A stretch of 64,000 bases of DNA from an uncultured Candidatus Saccharibacteria bacterium (GTDB lineage Bacteria; Patescibacteriota; Doudnabacteria; UBA920). The notes beneath the pieces are model-generated. The model ran no database searches. It had not been told where the DNA came from and saw only the letters and a list, made by a program, of their open reading frames with translations. The DNA lies in contig CAZDIP010000001.1 in assembly GCA_964505635.1 (NCBI GenBank), positions 40,174 through 104,173 on the forward strand, in the 5' to 3' direction. A program made the translations under genes and the position numbers. Below, one piece after another: positions 1-8,783 of the stretch (the stretch's first letter is position 1; each line of letters starts with the position of its first letter).

Positions 1-814
1 TTTGGATTGTTACTGTGCGAATACCTCTGTATTCTTTGGTAAAATCTTCAACATAATCCGGCCTTAAGCCGCCCCTAAATGGCAGGCTGCCTACGCCTAT
101 TATTGGGAAAAGTTTAATTTTATGTTTTTTTTCAAATTTTTTAAACCGTGAGAGGGCGATTTTTATGGCCAGAATAGTCGGTACCAGTCCTGAGTTAAGT
201 GCAGGGTCTGAGCGCGCCACGTAAGGCCTTAAATAAACGGGTCTTTTTTTAAACGCGGCATAATAGAGCTTAAGATATTTTTCTAAAATTGAGTCTGAAT
301 TAATTATGGTTTTTACCGATTCAAACAAAGGGATTAGTTCCAAAAACATTTCGCAGTTGTTGTCCCATCGGTTTAGGGGGTGTTTTAAGCAGGCCATTTC
401 GTTAAAAGCTTCCTGTATGCCTATCATTTCCTGGGCCGATTCGCACATTGGCAAAATAACTTCAAACAACGGCGGGGTTTTTAAGCTGAGTTGTTTTGCC
501 AAACCATGTGCCGTTAAAATGCCCATCAGCGCCCTAGACAGCCTGAATTCTTCCTGAACTTTGGGGTTAGGCAGACGGAAAGTTAAAAATTTATTCCGGC
601 CAATTTGCTGTTTTTTAAAGTAGTCGTAGTGCTGGGCCACTAAGCGTTCCATTACTGACTCGTCCACTAACTTACCCTCCCAATCCCACTTATACTCATC
701 AATGCCTAAATCCTGAAAATTTAAAAAGCATTCTTTGGCTTCCTCCATAGTGGGGATAAAGCTTGAAGAATGCCAAAAAGGTTTTTGGGAGTGATCAGGG
801 TGCTGGGTGGCCAT
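1..814 (-). CDS. Phosphoenolpyruvate carboxylase, archaeal type (atPEPC), N-terminal ~270 aa. The gene continues beyond the window start.
   Basis: Minus-strand translation from ATG at 812-814 reads MATQHPDHSQKPFW...MEEAKECFLNFQDLGIDEYKWDWEGKLVDE...GVGSLPFRGGLRPDYVEDF. The MxTQHPD N-terminus and overall sequence fit the archaeal-type PEPC family. It is absent from the ORF track because its stop lies outside the window. Confidence 0.6.
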   Translation of the reverse strand, partial: MATQHPDHSQKPFWHSSSFIPTMEEAKECFLNFQDLGIDEYKWDWEGKLVDESVMERLVAQHYDYFKKQQIGRNKFLTFRLPNPKVQEEFRLSRALMGILTAHGLAKQLSLKTPPLFEVILPMCESAQEMIGIQEAFNEMACLKHPLNRWDNNCEMFLELIPLFESVKTIINSDSILEKYLKLYYAAFKKRPVYLRPYVARSDPALNSGLVPTILAIKIALSRFKKFEKKHKIKLFPIIGVGSLPFRGGLRPDYVEDFTKEYRGIRTVTIQ

Positions 815-956
815 GGTGGCCGGGATTTTTCGGTAAATTTTCATCAATAGTCATTTTTTCACACTCTTTTACATATGTCAAAGTTTTGGTATTATTTAAA
901 AGGTTTAAATTAATAGTAGCATACAACATATTTTCATCCTCCCAAGCAGTGATAGC

Positions 957-1027
957 GCGAGATTAGTACAGTGGTAGTATACTTGCTTCCCAAGCAAGAG
1001 AGGCGGGTTCGCCCCGCAGCATTTGTC
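957..1027 (+). pseudogene. Degenerate tRNA-Gly(CCC)-like copy. The acceptor 5' strand, D-arm and anticodon arm are intact, but the T-arm and 3' acceptor are defective.
   Basis: GCGAGAT-TA-GTAC/GTAT D-arm, anticodon stem CTTGC/GCAAG with loop TTCCCAA (anticodon CCC). The following T-arm cannot form a 5 bp stem with a 7 nt loop, and the 3' end does not pair with the 5' acceptor. Confidence 0.35.
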
Positions 1028-1101
1028 GCGAGCGTAGTACAATGGTAGTATGCGACCTTCCCAAGGTTGAGACGTGGGTCCGATTCCCATCGCTCGCTCC
1101 A
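1028..1101 (+). tRNA. tRNA-Gly (anticodon CCC)
   Basis: Manual fold: acceptor GCGAGCG/CGCTCGC, D stem GTAC/GTAT, anticodon stem CGACC/GGTTG with loop TTCCCAA, T stem GTGGG/CCCAT, discriminator T and encoded CCA. Confidence 0.8.
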
Positions 1102-1107
1102 ATTGCT

Positions 1108-1136
1108 GTGGGGTAAAATTCCCGTATCTCGCTCCA
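1108..1136 (+). other. Orphan tRNA 3' half (T-arm, acceptor 3' strand ATCTCGC, discriminator T and CCA). It is complementary to the orphan 5' acceptor at 957-963.
   Basis: GTGGG-GTAAAATT-CCCGT-ATCTCGC-T-CCA. ATCTCGC pairs 7/7 with GCGAGAT at 957-963. The T loop is 8 nt, one longer than canonical. Confidence 0.4.
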
Positions 1137-1158
1137 CCGAGTCAAACTCGGTTTGATG
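1137..1158 (+). terminator. Intrinsic terminator after the tRNA-Gly cluster
   Basis: Hairpin CCGAG-TCAAA-CTCGG followed by TTTGATG. Confidence 0.45.
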
Positions 1159-1212
1159 AGGTGAGGCCAGTCAGACTGGTCCCAAAAAGTTTGTTAATAT
1201 AAGACGAAAATT

Positions 1213-1608
1213 ATGAAAATTATACTCGTAGACGCGGTAAATACTTTTGTGGTGGAAGAAAATGGCAAATATAAAATATTTACTCCTATGTTTGAGCTGC
1301 TTGAATCTTTCAAAAACAGAAAAATTATTTTAACTAATGCGGACGACGAGCAAATGCAGAAATTCGGTTTACGCCAAATGCCGTACGAAGTTTTTACCTT
1401 AAAGCATGAGCCCGAAAAAACAGATCCTAAGTATTTTAAAATAATGCTGGAGTATTATAATTTAAGCCCGGGCGATGTGGTTTATTTTGAGCATAATCCA
1501 GAGGCGGTTTTGTCGGCACAAAGTTATGGAATTAAAGCTTTTCATTACAATAAAGACATGCGAGATTTAGTTAACCTAAAAAATTTTTTAAACACAAACT
1601 TATGTTAA
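1213..1608 (+). CDS. HAD-like hydrolase family protein (putative). The catalytic motif I is atypical (VDAVNT).
   Basis: 131 aa. ILVDAVNTF...ILTNA...K...FEHNP are spaced like HAD motifs I-IV. The assignment is weak. Confidence 0.4.
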   Translation: MKIILVDAVNTFVVEENGKYKIFTPMFELLESFKNRKIILTNADDEQMQKFGLRQMPYEVFTLKHEPEKTDPKYFKIMLEYYNLSPGDVVYFEHNPEAVLSAQSYGIKAFHYNKDMRDLVNLKNFLNTNLC

Positions 1609-2252
1609 AAGAACGTGGTAGCCAGATTTTAAATACTGAAGATGTCGCGAGGCAGGAATCGGTTGATTGGACAACTTTGCAGGAAAGAATTGCTGAAGAA
1701 AAAACCCGCCAAGCGGCTCAGGAAGAGTTGTATTTGTTTATAAAAAAAATAGTTACAAATAACGGATATAAATTAAACAACTCTCATGACACTGAAGACA
1801 TGATTACCAAAACATTTATTGAAGTAATGGACGCTTTTATAAAAAATAAAGTTAAACATAAAGACAAAATACAGTCTTTTATACACGGTGTTATAAGAAA
1901 TCAGTTTAAAAGTTATTATAGAGAGGTATCGGTACGGGCAAAACGCCACGCGCCTTTAGAAGCTTACGACATAGAAAGCGAAAGAAGAAAAAGCGGACTT
2001 CCTGGCAATGAAGTTCATCAGGCTTTTAACCCTGAACTATGGCTTGCCGATAAAGAAAAAAAAGAGCGATTGATGAGCGTGGTTAATAGGCTCAAAGAAA
2101 AAGATAAAAAAATCATTTTAGATTTTTACTTTAACGAAAAGGACAAAGACACTATTATAAAAGAGATGGGTCTGACTGAAACACAATTTCGCTTACAAAA
2201 AAACAGGGCTTTGGCAAAAATAAAAAACACTTTATTTGCAATAAAGGAATAA
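1602..2252 (+). CDS. RNA polymerase sigma-70 family (ECF-like) sigma factor
   Basis: 216 aa. The C-terminal region-4 HTH pattern KKIILDFYFNEKDKDTIIKEMGLTETQFRLQKNRALAKIK and a region-2-like segment upstream. Confidence 0.5.
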   Translation: MLKERGSQILNTEDVARQESVDWTTLQERIAEEKTRQAAQEELYLFIKKIVTNNGYKLNNSHDTEDMITKTFIEVMDAFIKNKVKHKDKIQSFIHGVIRNQFKSYYREVSVRAKRHAPLEAYDIESERRKSGLPGNEVHQAFNPELWLADKEKKERLMSVVNRLKEKDKKIILDFYFNEKDKDTIIKEMGLTETQFRLQKNRALAKIKNTLFAIKE

Positions 2253-2259
2253 ATTAATT

Positions 2260-2703
2260 ATGAAAATCACTCTTTGCGGCAGTATAGCTTTTATTAACCA
2301 AATGGCCGAACTGCAAAAACAGCTGGAAACTTTGGGTTACGAAGTTAAGATGCCGCCAATAAAATTTACCGACGCTTTGGGCAAGGTGTGGGACGCGAAC
2401 GACTACTACGCTTACAAAAAAACCCAGCCTTTTAACGACCCGCAGTTTGTAGAGAGCCATCACCAGAGAATCCGCGATCATTTTGACAAAGTGGAATGGT
2501 CGGACGCGATTTTGGTGGCTAATTATGACAAGAACGGCGTTATAGGCTACATTGGCCCGAATACTTTAATGGAAATGGGTTTGGCATTTTTCTTGCGCAA
2601 GAAAATATTTTTGTTAAATTCCATCCCGCAAAACGCTTTTATGGAAGAAGTCATAGGGCTGGGTGCTATAGAAACAAAAGGCAATTTAGAATTAATTAAA
2701 TAA
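2260..2703 (+). CDS. Nucleoside 2-deoxyribosyltransferase / Rcl-like N-glycosidase family protein
   Basis: 147 aa. MKITLCGS...DAILVANYDKNGVIGYIGPNTLMEMGLAFFLRKKIFLL matches the NDT/Rcl fold signature. Confidence 0.5.
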   Translation: MKITLCGSIAFINQMAELQKQLETLGYEVKMPPIKFTDALGKVWDANDYYAYKKTQPFNDPQFVESHHQRIRDHFDKVEWSDAILVANYDKNGVIGYIGPNTLMEMGLAFFLRKKIFLLNSIPQNAFMEEVIGLGAIETKGNLELIK

Positions 2704-2704
2704 T

Positions 2705-3133
2705 ATGCCAAAGCCTTTGGTGACAGATTATAACGGCCATAAAATACACCATAGCGTGGGCGCGGTTATAAAGCGGGATAATAAATACTTGCTTATAGAG
2801 CGCCGCGAGTTTCCCTTGGGTTTTGCGGGCCTGGCTGGGCATATAGATGAAGGCGAAGAACCTAAAGCGGCGGTTGTAAGGGAAGTTTTTGAGGAAGGGG
2901 GTTTAGAGGTAACTAATGCCAAGTTGCTTTATAGCGAAATGGTGGAGTGGAATGAATGCAGTTACCATGTTAAAGGGCATTTTTGGCATTTGTATGAGTG
3001 CGAAACCAAGGGTGAGTTAAAAATTGATGCGCATGAGGCCAAAAGCTTTAATTGGTATTCGGCAGAGGAAATAAAACATTTACAACTTGAACTAGTTTGG
3101 AAATATTGGCTTGAAAAAATAGGTATAATTTAA
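2705..3133 (+). CDS. NUDIX hydrolase
   Basis: Nudix box GHIDEGEEPKAAVVREVFEEGGL. Confidence 0.75.
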   Translation: MPKPLVTDYNGHKIHHSVGAVIKRDNKYLLIERREFPLGFAGLAGHIDEGEEPKAAVVREVFEEGGLEVTNAKLLYSEMVEWNECSYHVKGHFWHLYECETKGELKIDAHEAKSFNWYSAEEIKHLQLELVWKYWLEKIGII

Positions 3134-3158
3134 TTTTATGTAAAAACAAATTAAATCT

Positions 3159-3734
3159 TTGATAGATTTTTTTCATAAAGCCGAGAAGTTAAAAACCGTT
3201 ATGCGCCATAGCTGGTTAAGTAATGGACGCAGAGAAAGCGTGGCCGAACATACTTGGCGAATGGGGATAATGGCTTTAATTTTGCATCCTTATCTAAAGA
3301 AGCCGGTTAACTTGGAAAAAGTTTTTAAAATGTTGCTTATACATGATTTGCCCGAGGTATATGCCGGTGATCATTTTGTCTGGAAAGGGGTTTTGAAAGG
3401 CAAGGAAAAAATTGAACGGAAAGCTTTGCTTAAAATCACTCAGAACTTGCCTTTCAAAAATCGTAAAGAGGTGGTCGGGTTGTGGGAGGAGCATGAGGCC
3501 TGGAAAACTCCGGAATCGCATTTTGTAAAAGCTTTAGACAAACTTGAAGTTTTATTGCAGCATTATGAGGCAGACATAAAACATTTAAATAAAAAAGAGT
3601 TTGGTTTTAACTTAACTTATGGGGTTAAATATTGTGAATTTGATCCTTTTATAAGAAGTTTCCGTAAGATTATAAATGAACTTAACTTAGAACATTATAA
3701 AAAACATAAAATAAACCCTAAACTTTATAAGTAA
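3159..3734 (+). CDS. HD-domain phosphohydrolase (YfbR-like 5'-deoxynucleotidase family)
   Basis: SVAEHTWRM...LIHDLPEVYAGD gives the H..HD..D metal ligands. Confidence 0.65.
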   Translation: MIDFFHKAEKLKTVMRHSWLSNGRRESVAEHTWRMGIMALILHPYLKKPVNLEKVFKMLLIHDLPEVYAGDHFVWKGVLKGKEKIERKALLKITQNLPFKNRKEVVGLWEEHEAWKTPESHFVKALDKLEVLLQHYEADIKHLNKKEFGFNLTYGVKYCEFDPFIRSFRKIINELNLEHYKKHKINPKLYK

Positions 3735-3764
3735 ACTACAAGAAAATTAAGATTAGAAAAGTAA

Positions 3765-4208
3765 ATGCAAGATAACGCCAAATTACATATAGTTATGGTT
3801 CAGGGCTGGGTTAAAAAAGACGGAAAGTTTTTAATGGCTCAGCGTTCATTTAAGGAGTTGCAGGCTCCGGGAGCCTGGTCTATTCCGGGCGGAAAAATAG
3901 AAGAAGGCGAAGGTCTTGGCGTAGTTGAACAGACTTTAAAAAAAGAAATTTTGGAAGAAGTCGGCGTAAGTATTAAAGACAACGTTAAATATATAAGCAG
4001 CGATGCTTTTACCCGCGTGGACGGCAAGCATGTGGTGTCTTTGTGTTTTTTGTGCGAGTGGAAAGAAGGCGAGGCTAAGGCTTTACAGGAAACAGAAACC
4101 GTAAAATGGTTTAGTTTGCAAGAACTTAGAGATTTTAAAGAAGCTAAGCCTTTTTTAAAGAATTTAATTAGCGCTTTGGAAACTTTTTTGTTAAAAGACA
4201 GTTCTTGA
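3765..4208 (+). CDS. NUDIX hydrolase
   Basis: Nudix box GGKIEEGEGLGVVEQTLKKEILEEVGV. Confidence 0.75.
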   Translation: MQDNAKLHIVMVQGWVKKDGKFLMAQRSFKELQAPGAWSIPGGKIEEGEGLGVVEQTLKKEILEEVGVSIKDNVKYISSDAFTRVDGKHVVSLCFLCEWKEGEAKALQETETVKWFSLQELRDFKEAKPFLKNLISALETFLLKDSS

Positions 4209-4210
4209 TT

Positions 4211-4239
4211 TTGACTTTTTATTTTTTAAAGAATACTAT
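4211..4239 (+). promoter_or_regulatory. Sigma70-like promoter (TTGACT-N17-TACTAT) for the GC-rich ORF at 4266
   Basis: TTGACT at 4211-4216, a 17 nt spacer and TACTAT at 4234-4239. A strong SD AAGGAGG at 4253-4259 lies 6 nt before the ATG. Confidence 0.45.
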
Positions 4240-4265
4240 TTTAGCAGACCCAAGGAGGCGTAAGT

Positions 4266-4871
4266 ATGAGGGCTTTGACGGCTCTTTTTTTGTTTTTGTT
4301 TTGCGCCTGCTTTTTAGAGGCGCCTCGCATGTTAAGTTTTGAAGAAGAGATTGCTTCCAGGTCTCTTATTTCAAAACAGCCTTTGCCTTCCTCGCTTTTA
4401 GACAACTTGTCTAAGGCGGTGGAGTTTGCCCTGCTTAGCGGGGCGGCAAGGGAGATAAGCCAACAAGATCTATTCCACGCGCATTTACTGTTTGCGCGGG
4501 GCAACAGGAACCTTTTGAGCCCAGACGCCATCCTCCTTCACGCGCAGGAAATGGTTGTTTGGTCGCCGGAGGAATTTAAAAAAAGAAACGTCCTTATTTC
4601 CTTGGCAGGACAGCCGGAAATTTTGGACTGTTCCCGTGGCCTCAGCCGGCGCAGGTTTTTCCCACAGGCAGAATGGCCAACGCTTTGTGTAGTTGATGAA
4701 CACGACCTGGGTCTGACAAATCCGGCGGACGTTTATATTGTCCGCGTTGACAGGATTTCTAAGGCTCTGGCCAGAAGCCTTGGCCACAACACCCGCTCCG
4801 TGCGAGGGCTGAAAGTCTTGTTTGTCGGTTTTGGGCTCACGCTCAAAAACGGCCGTCTCGCTCTACCATGA
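4266..4871 (+). CDS. Hypothetical protein. The ORF is GC-rich and atypical, with a hydrophobic N-terminus (possible signal or lipoprotein). It could be foreign DNA, or the region could be a structured RNA.
   Basis: 201 aa. It has its own promoter, a strong SD and a terminator. Composition is far above the window average. Overlapping ORFs on both strands keep a noncoding-RNA alternative open. Confidence 0.35.
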   Translation: MRALTALFLFLFCACFLEAPRMLSFEEEIASRSLISKQPLPSSLLDNLSKAVEFALLSGAAREISQQDLFHAHLLFARGNRNLLSPDAILLHAQEMVVWSPEEFKKRNVLISLAGQPEILDCSRGLSRRRFFPQAEWPTLCVVDEHDLGLTNPADVYIVRVDRISKALARSLGHNTRSVRGLKVLFVGFGLTLKNGRLALP

Positions 4872-4930
4872 CCCACGAAACCCCAATTAGATGTTTTCGT
4901 GGGTTTCGTTTGTTTAAAAGCGTTTTTTTT
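4871..4930 (+). terminator. Intrinsic terminator (10 bp stem ACCCACGAAA/TTTCGTGGGT followed by a T-run)
   Basis: The hairpin starts at the stop codon of the 4266 ORF and is followed by TTCGTTTGTTTAAAAGCGTTTTTTTT. Confidence 0.5.
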
Positions 4931-4951
4931 GTTAGAATAAAAGTAAATTTT

Positions 4952-6247
4952 ATGCAAAATCAGCAAACAAAACTTTCTTTAGAGCCGTATAAAGGCACGA
5001 GAGATTTTTATCCGAAAGACCAATTCGTGCAGAACTATATTTTTTCCGTTTGGAAAAAAGTTTGTGAAAGTTACGGGTATTTGGAGTACGGCGCTTCTAT
5101 TTTGGAAGAGACCGAGCTTTATAAAAGCAAGTCCGGCGAGGAAATTGTAAACGAGCAAACCTACACTTTTATAGACCGCGGCGGCAGGAATGTGACCATT
5201 CGCCCGGAAATGACGCCTACAGTAGCCAGAATGGTGGCGCAAAAGCGCAAAGAGCTAACTTTTCCTTTGCGGTGGTTTAGCATCCCTAACCTTTTTAGGT
5301 ACGAAAGGCCGCAAAGAGGCAGGCTTAGGGAGCACTGGCAGCTTAACGCGGACATTTTTGGTGTTGACTCAATAGAGGCGGATGTGGAAATAATCTCTTT
5401 AGCTTATAGTATAATGAAAGGCTTCAAAGCTAAAGACGAACAATTTGTTATTCATTTAAACAGCCGAAAGTTTTTAAATTATCTTCTTAGGGAATATTTT
5501 AGGCTTTCCGAAGAACAAGCTTTAAAAACCGGCAAACTTTTAGACAGGATGGCGAAAATGACGCCTGCCGCTTTTGAAGAAAACGGCGTAGAAATTTTAG
5601 GCGCGGCTGAATTTAAAACTTTGCAGAAAATTATCGGCACCAACGATTTAGCAGAGTTGCCCGAGGATTTGCAAAAGCACGATTCAGTTACCCAGCTAAA
5701 ATTGGTATTTGAAAAATTGCGGGGAAATGGAATAGAAAATTTGGTTTTTGATATTGGGCTTGTAAGGGGTTTTGACTATTATACCGGCGCGGTATTTGAA
5801 GTATTTGATACTAGTCCGGAAAACGCCAGGTCGCTTTTCGGCGGCGGCAGGTATGACGACTTAGTTGGAATTTTTGATGTTGAAAAAGTTTCCGGGGTTG
5901 GTTTTGGCGTGGGCGATGTAACCATCCGCGATTTTTTGGAAACCCATAATTTGTTGCCGGAATATGCCTCGCCGGTTAAGCTTTATATTTGCCACCTTGA
6001 AGGCTATGTTGAAGAGGCTAATAAGTTAGCAAACTACTTAAGAGAGCAGGGAGTAAATGCGGCCGTTGATCTATCTGATAGAAAAGTTTCCCAGCAAGTT
6101 AAAACTGCGGATAAAGAAAGCATCCCATATGTTTTGGTTGTTGGGGAAGAAGAAATTAAAAGCGGGAAGTTTAAATTAAAAAATTTAAAGGAGAGCAGGG
6201 AAGAGGAGTTGGAAACAAAAGACATCGCGGCTTATTTAAAAAAATAG
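4952..6247 (+). CDS. hisS: Histidine--tRNA ligase
   Basis: MQNQQTKLSLEPYKGTRDFYP... shows class II aaRS motifs and the HisRS HGGGRYD-like block GGGRYDDL. The ORF track starts at 4868, but that extension overlaps the upstream terminator. Confidence 0.9.
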   Translation: MQNQQTKLSLEPYKGTRDFYPKDQFVQNYIFSVWKKVCESYGYLEYGASILEETELYKSKSGEEIVNEQTYTFIDRGGRNVTIRPEMTPTVARMVAQKRKELTFPLRWFSIPNLFRYERPQRGRLREHWQLNADIFGVDSIEADVEIISLAYSIMKGFKAKDEQFVIHLNSRKFLNYLLREYFRLSEEQALKTGKLLDRMAKMTPAAFEENGVEILGAAEFKTLQKIIGTNDLAELPEDLQKHDSVTQLKLVFEKLRGNGIENLVFDIGLVRGFDYYTGAVFEVFDTSPENARSLFGGGRYDDLVGIFDVEKVSGVGFGVGDVTIRDFLETHNLLPEYASPVKLYICHLEGYVEEANKLANYLREQGVNAAVDLSDRKVSQQVKTADKESIPYVLVVGEEEIKSGKFKLKNLKESREEELETKDIAAYLKK

Positions 6248-6248
6248 C

Positions 6249-6866
6249 ATGCAGCATTTAACCAGGTTATTTAAATTTTTGGAAATCACCAGGGCGCAGC
6301 CGCAATACGGCTATGTTTTAGCCAATATCCCTAAGTCCGAATTAAGCGACTTGGCTCAGCACCATTATTTAGTCACTTTTTTCGGATGGCAGCTGGCAAG
6401 GCTATTGAATAGAAAAGGCGCTAAAATAAACGTGGAAAAAGTTTTGGCCTACTGCCTGGTGCATGATTTGGGAGAGCTTCTGGGCGGTGATATTTCCATG
6501 CCGTATGGCCGGGTTAACCCCAAAGCTAAAAAATTAGCCAGGGCTTTTGAATACGAAAATATAAAATACATTTCAAAGTTTTTTGGGCAAGACGAAGCTT
6601 ATATAAGAGGTTTAGGCCTGGAGGTTAACGAGTTTAAAAACGATGAAAGCATTATTGCCATGATATCCGACGTAATAGAGTGCACCCATTATAAAATTTA
6701 CAAAAACCGCTTTATTCCTTTGGACGTTAAAATGGCAAAGGAAAAAATAGAAAAGCACATTAGCAGACTGAAAGACAAAGCCGCTAAACGGGAATTAAAT
6801 GAGTTTTTGAAAAAATGGTATAAGGAATTGCCAAAAAATAATCAGTTGGATAAGCTTTTAATTTAA
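6249..6866 (+). CDS. HD-domain hydrolase
   Basis: LAQHHYLV...LVHDLGELLGGD. Confidence 0.6.
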   Translation: MQHLTRLFKFLEITRAQPQYGYVLANIPKSELSDLAQHHYLVTFFGWQLARLLNRKGAKINVEKVLAYCLVHDLGELLGGDISMPYGRVNPKAKKLARAFEYENIKYISKFFGQDEAYIRGLGLEVNEFKNDESIIAMISDVIECTHYKIYKNRFIPLDVKMAKEKIEKHISRLKDKAAKRELNEFLKKWYKELPKNNQLDKLLI

Positions 6867-6883
6867 ATTTTCTTTCTAAGTTT

Positions 6884-7651
6884 ATGCCTAGAAAAATTTC
6901 TAAAGAAATTTTTGGAAATGCGAGATCAGTAATTAACGAGCAGAAGCAAAAGTTTGAAGAGGGCTTACAGCATGAACGCGAGGCTTTTAAAAGTGGCTCA
7001 GAAAAAGGTCCTTATTTTATGTATGACGATGATTTAGAGAATATGGAATACAGCTTTAAAGATTTAATTCCTTGGGGTTTTAAATATTACCTTCGCGAAA
7101 GGTTCGGAGAAAACCAAAATTTAGTGGGGGTGGAATTAGGTGGTCCGGGCTCAAATTTTTTTGGAGGACTTAGCGAATTTTTTAAAAAAAGTGCCGGCGT
7201 TACAACACTCGATTTACGCCATAAGTATCAGACGGAGTTTCAAAAAAATTTTGATACAGCCATTAACCATTCCATTATTGCCGGTGATATTTTTAGCAAA
7301 AAAACTTTAGCTGAAGTTGATAAATGGCTAGGAAACCAGAGAGCAGATTTTATTATTGAAAGAATGCAGGCTGGTTGGAATTTTAACACCGACAGCTTGG
7401 TTCTTTTTGGGAAATATTTGGGAGATTGGTACAAGAGACTGAGTCAGGTTGGGGTTATGTTTGTACAAACTCCTTTCGCATCAAGTAAGCCAAAAATGGT
7501 TCAACCAGGTGTAAAAGCGGATTATGAAGCATGGATTAAATTAATGAGGGATAGTTATGGGGATTTTTTAACAATAAACGCCAATAATTACGTACTAAGC
7601 TTAGAAAAGACACCCAAAGCTCCCGAAAAAATAAATACTTTAAAATTTTGA
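6884..7651 (+). CDS. Hypothetical protein
   Basis: 255 aa ORF. The VGVELGGPGSNFFGG stretch is glycine-rich, with weak Rossmann-like character. No firm family assignment. Confidence 0.4.
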   Translation: MPRKISKEIFGNARSVINEQKQKFEEGLQHEREAFKSGSEKGPYFMYDDDLENMEYSFKDLIPWGFKYYLRERFGENQNLVGVELGGPGSNFFGGLSEFFKKSAGVTTLDLRHKYQTEFQKNFDTAINHSIIAGDIFSKKTLAEVDKWLGNQRADFIIERMQAGWNFNTDSLVLFGKYLGDWYKRLSQVGVMFVQTPFASSKPKMVQPGVKADYEAWIKLMRDSYGDFLTINANNYVLSLEKTPKAPEKINTLKF

Positions 7652-8064
7652 TCATGCTCTTACAGGTAGGCGTAAAAGTTTTGTTAAAAAATTCTGAGGG
7701 GAAATTTTTGCTTGTTCGCAGAAATCCCAAAAAATACCCCGAAGTCGGGCCTAAGTGGGACATTGTGGGGGGAAGGATTGAACCTGGAACATCGCTTTTG
7801 GAAAATTTAAAACGGGAAGTCTTGGAAGAAGTCGGTTTAAAATTATCGCTCCCTGTTAGGCTGGTTGGGGCGCAGGATATCCTTTTAGAGGACAAACATG
7901 TTGTGCGGCTAACCTATTTGGGAGAAATAGAAGGCGAGCCAAAAATTGACGAAGACCACACCGAAGCCAGATGGTTTTTAGCGGAGGAGTTAAAAAATTT
8001 GCCAAAAGCGGAGCTCGACAGTTATTTTTTGGAATTATTAAATAACCAAACTGTTAAAATTTAA
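7648..8064 (+). CDS. NUDIX hydrolase
   Basis: Nudix box GGRIEPGTSLLENLKREVLEEVGL. Confidence 0.75.
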   Translation: MIMLLQVGVKVLLKNSEGKFLLVRRNPKKYPEVGPKWDIVGGRIEPGTSLLENLKREVLEEVGLKLSLPVRLVGAQDILLEDKHVVRLTYLGEIEGEPKIDEDHTEARWFLAEELKNLPKAELDSYFLELLNNQTVKI

Positions 8065-8065
8065 T

Positions 8066-8278
8066 ATGCGAAGAAACCTGTTATTTTATATTTTTGTTAT
8101 GGTTTTTTTGGTTGCCATAGTTATATTTTGGTCAAACAAAAAATCCGGCAGCCAAGTTATGGTTAGCAGCTTTGAAGAATGCGTTGCCAAGGGCTTTAAG
8201 GTCATGGAAAGCTATCCCAGGCAGTGCAGTTTGCCTGACGGCAGATTTTTTGTGGAAACCATGGTAGAAAACAGGTGA
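8066..8278 (+). CDS. Small membrane-anchored hypothetical protein
   Basis: 70 aa with an N-terminal TM helix. Confidence 0.3.
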   Translation: MRRNLLFYIFVMVFLVAIVIFWSNKKSGSQVMVSSFEECVAKGFKVMESYPRQCSLPDGRFFVETMVENR

Positions 8279-8318
8279 TATGGTATAATTAATTTAGCAA
8301 GAAAATTAAGAAATAAAT

Positions 8319-8732
8319 ATGAATCATAAAAATTTGGGTTTGTTTTTGTTACGCTTGGGTTTGGCAATTGTTTTTATTGCCCATGGTTATGCCAAGCTTA
8401 CCGGGCTTGAAGGTACGGGTATGTTTTTTGAAAAGTTAGGTATCCCCATGCCAGCGCTTATGGCTTATGTGGTTACTGCGGTTGAATTCTTAGGCGGTAT
8501 TTTAATGCTTTTTGGCGTTTTGGTTAGGTATGTAGGATTGCTTATGTCTGTTACTATGCTGGTTGCGATTTTAACTGCCAAAATGCAGGGGGGCTTGATG
8601 CTTCCTATGGCGGGTAAGTATGAGTTGGAATTAATGCTTTTGTTGTCCGCTTTGGCCGTGGCTTTTTTGGGAGCCGGCGAATGGACGGTTTCAAGATTGT
8701 TTAAAAAAGAACAGAGTCAACCGCAAGTTTAG
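8319..8732 (+). CDS. DoxX family membrane protein
   Basis: LLRLGLAIVFIAHGYAKL and a 4-TM layout. Confidence 0.7.
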   Translation: MNHKNLGLFLLRLGLAIVFIAHGYAKLTGLEGTGMFFEKLGIPMPALMAYVVTAVEFLGGILMLFGVLVRYVGLLMSVTMLVAILTAKMQGGLMLPMAGKYELELMLLLSALAVAFLGAGEWTVSRLFKKEQSQPQV

Positions 8733-8748
8733 TTAATTTATTTTTTTC

Positions 8749-8780
8749 AGGCGGCTCTTTACAGAGCCGCCTCTTTGGTC
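8749..8780 (+). terminator. Intrinsic terminator (10 bp stem AGGCGGCTCT/AGAGCCGCCT)
   Basis: Hairpin followed by CTTTGGTC. Confidence 0.45.
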
Positions 8781-8783
8781 TAT

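Noticed and set aside
306-966. Plus-strand ORFs 306..557 and 763..966 from the ORF track
   Set aside because: The region is convincingly coding on the minus strand (archaeal-type PEPC N-terminus). The plus-strand ORFs are antisense artefacts.
905-1145. Three minus-strand ORFs (905..1102, 934..1137, 963..1145)
   Set aside because: They lie across the tRNA-Gly cluster. The Gly/Arg/Pro-rich translations are typical of tRNA antisense.
4241-4787. Minus-strand ORFs 4241..4531 and 4485..4787
   Set aside because: They overlap the plus-strand GC-rich ORF, which has a promoter, SD and terminator. They are likely frame artefacts of GC-rich DNA.
4210-4950. T-box riboswitch upstream of hisS
   Set aside because: I found no T-box consensus (AATTAGGGTGGTACCGCG) or specifier or antiterminator arrangement. 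The terminator at 4871 belongs to the upstream unit.
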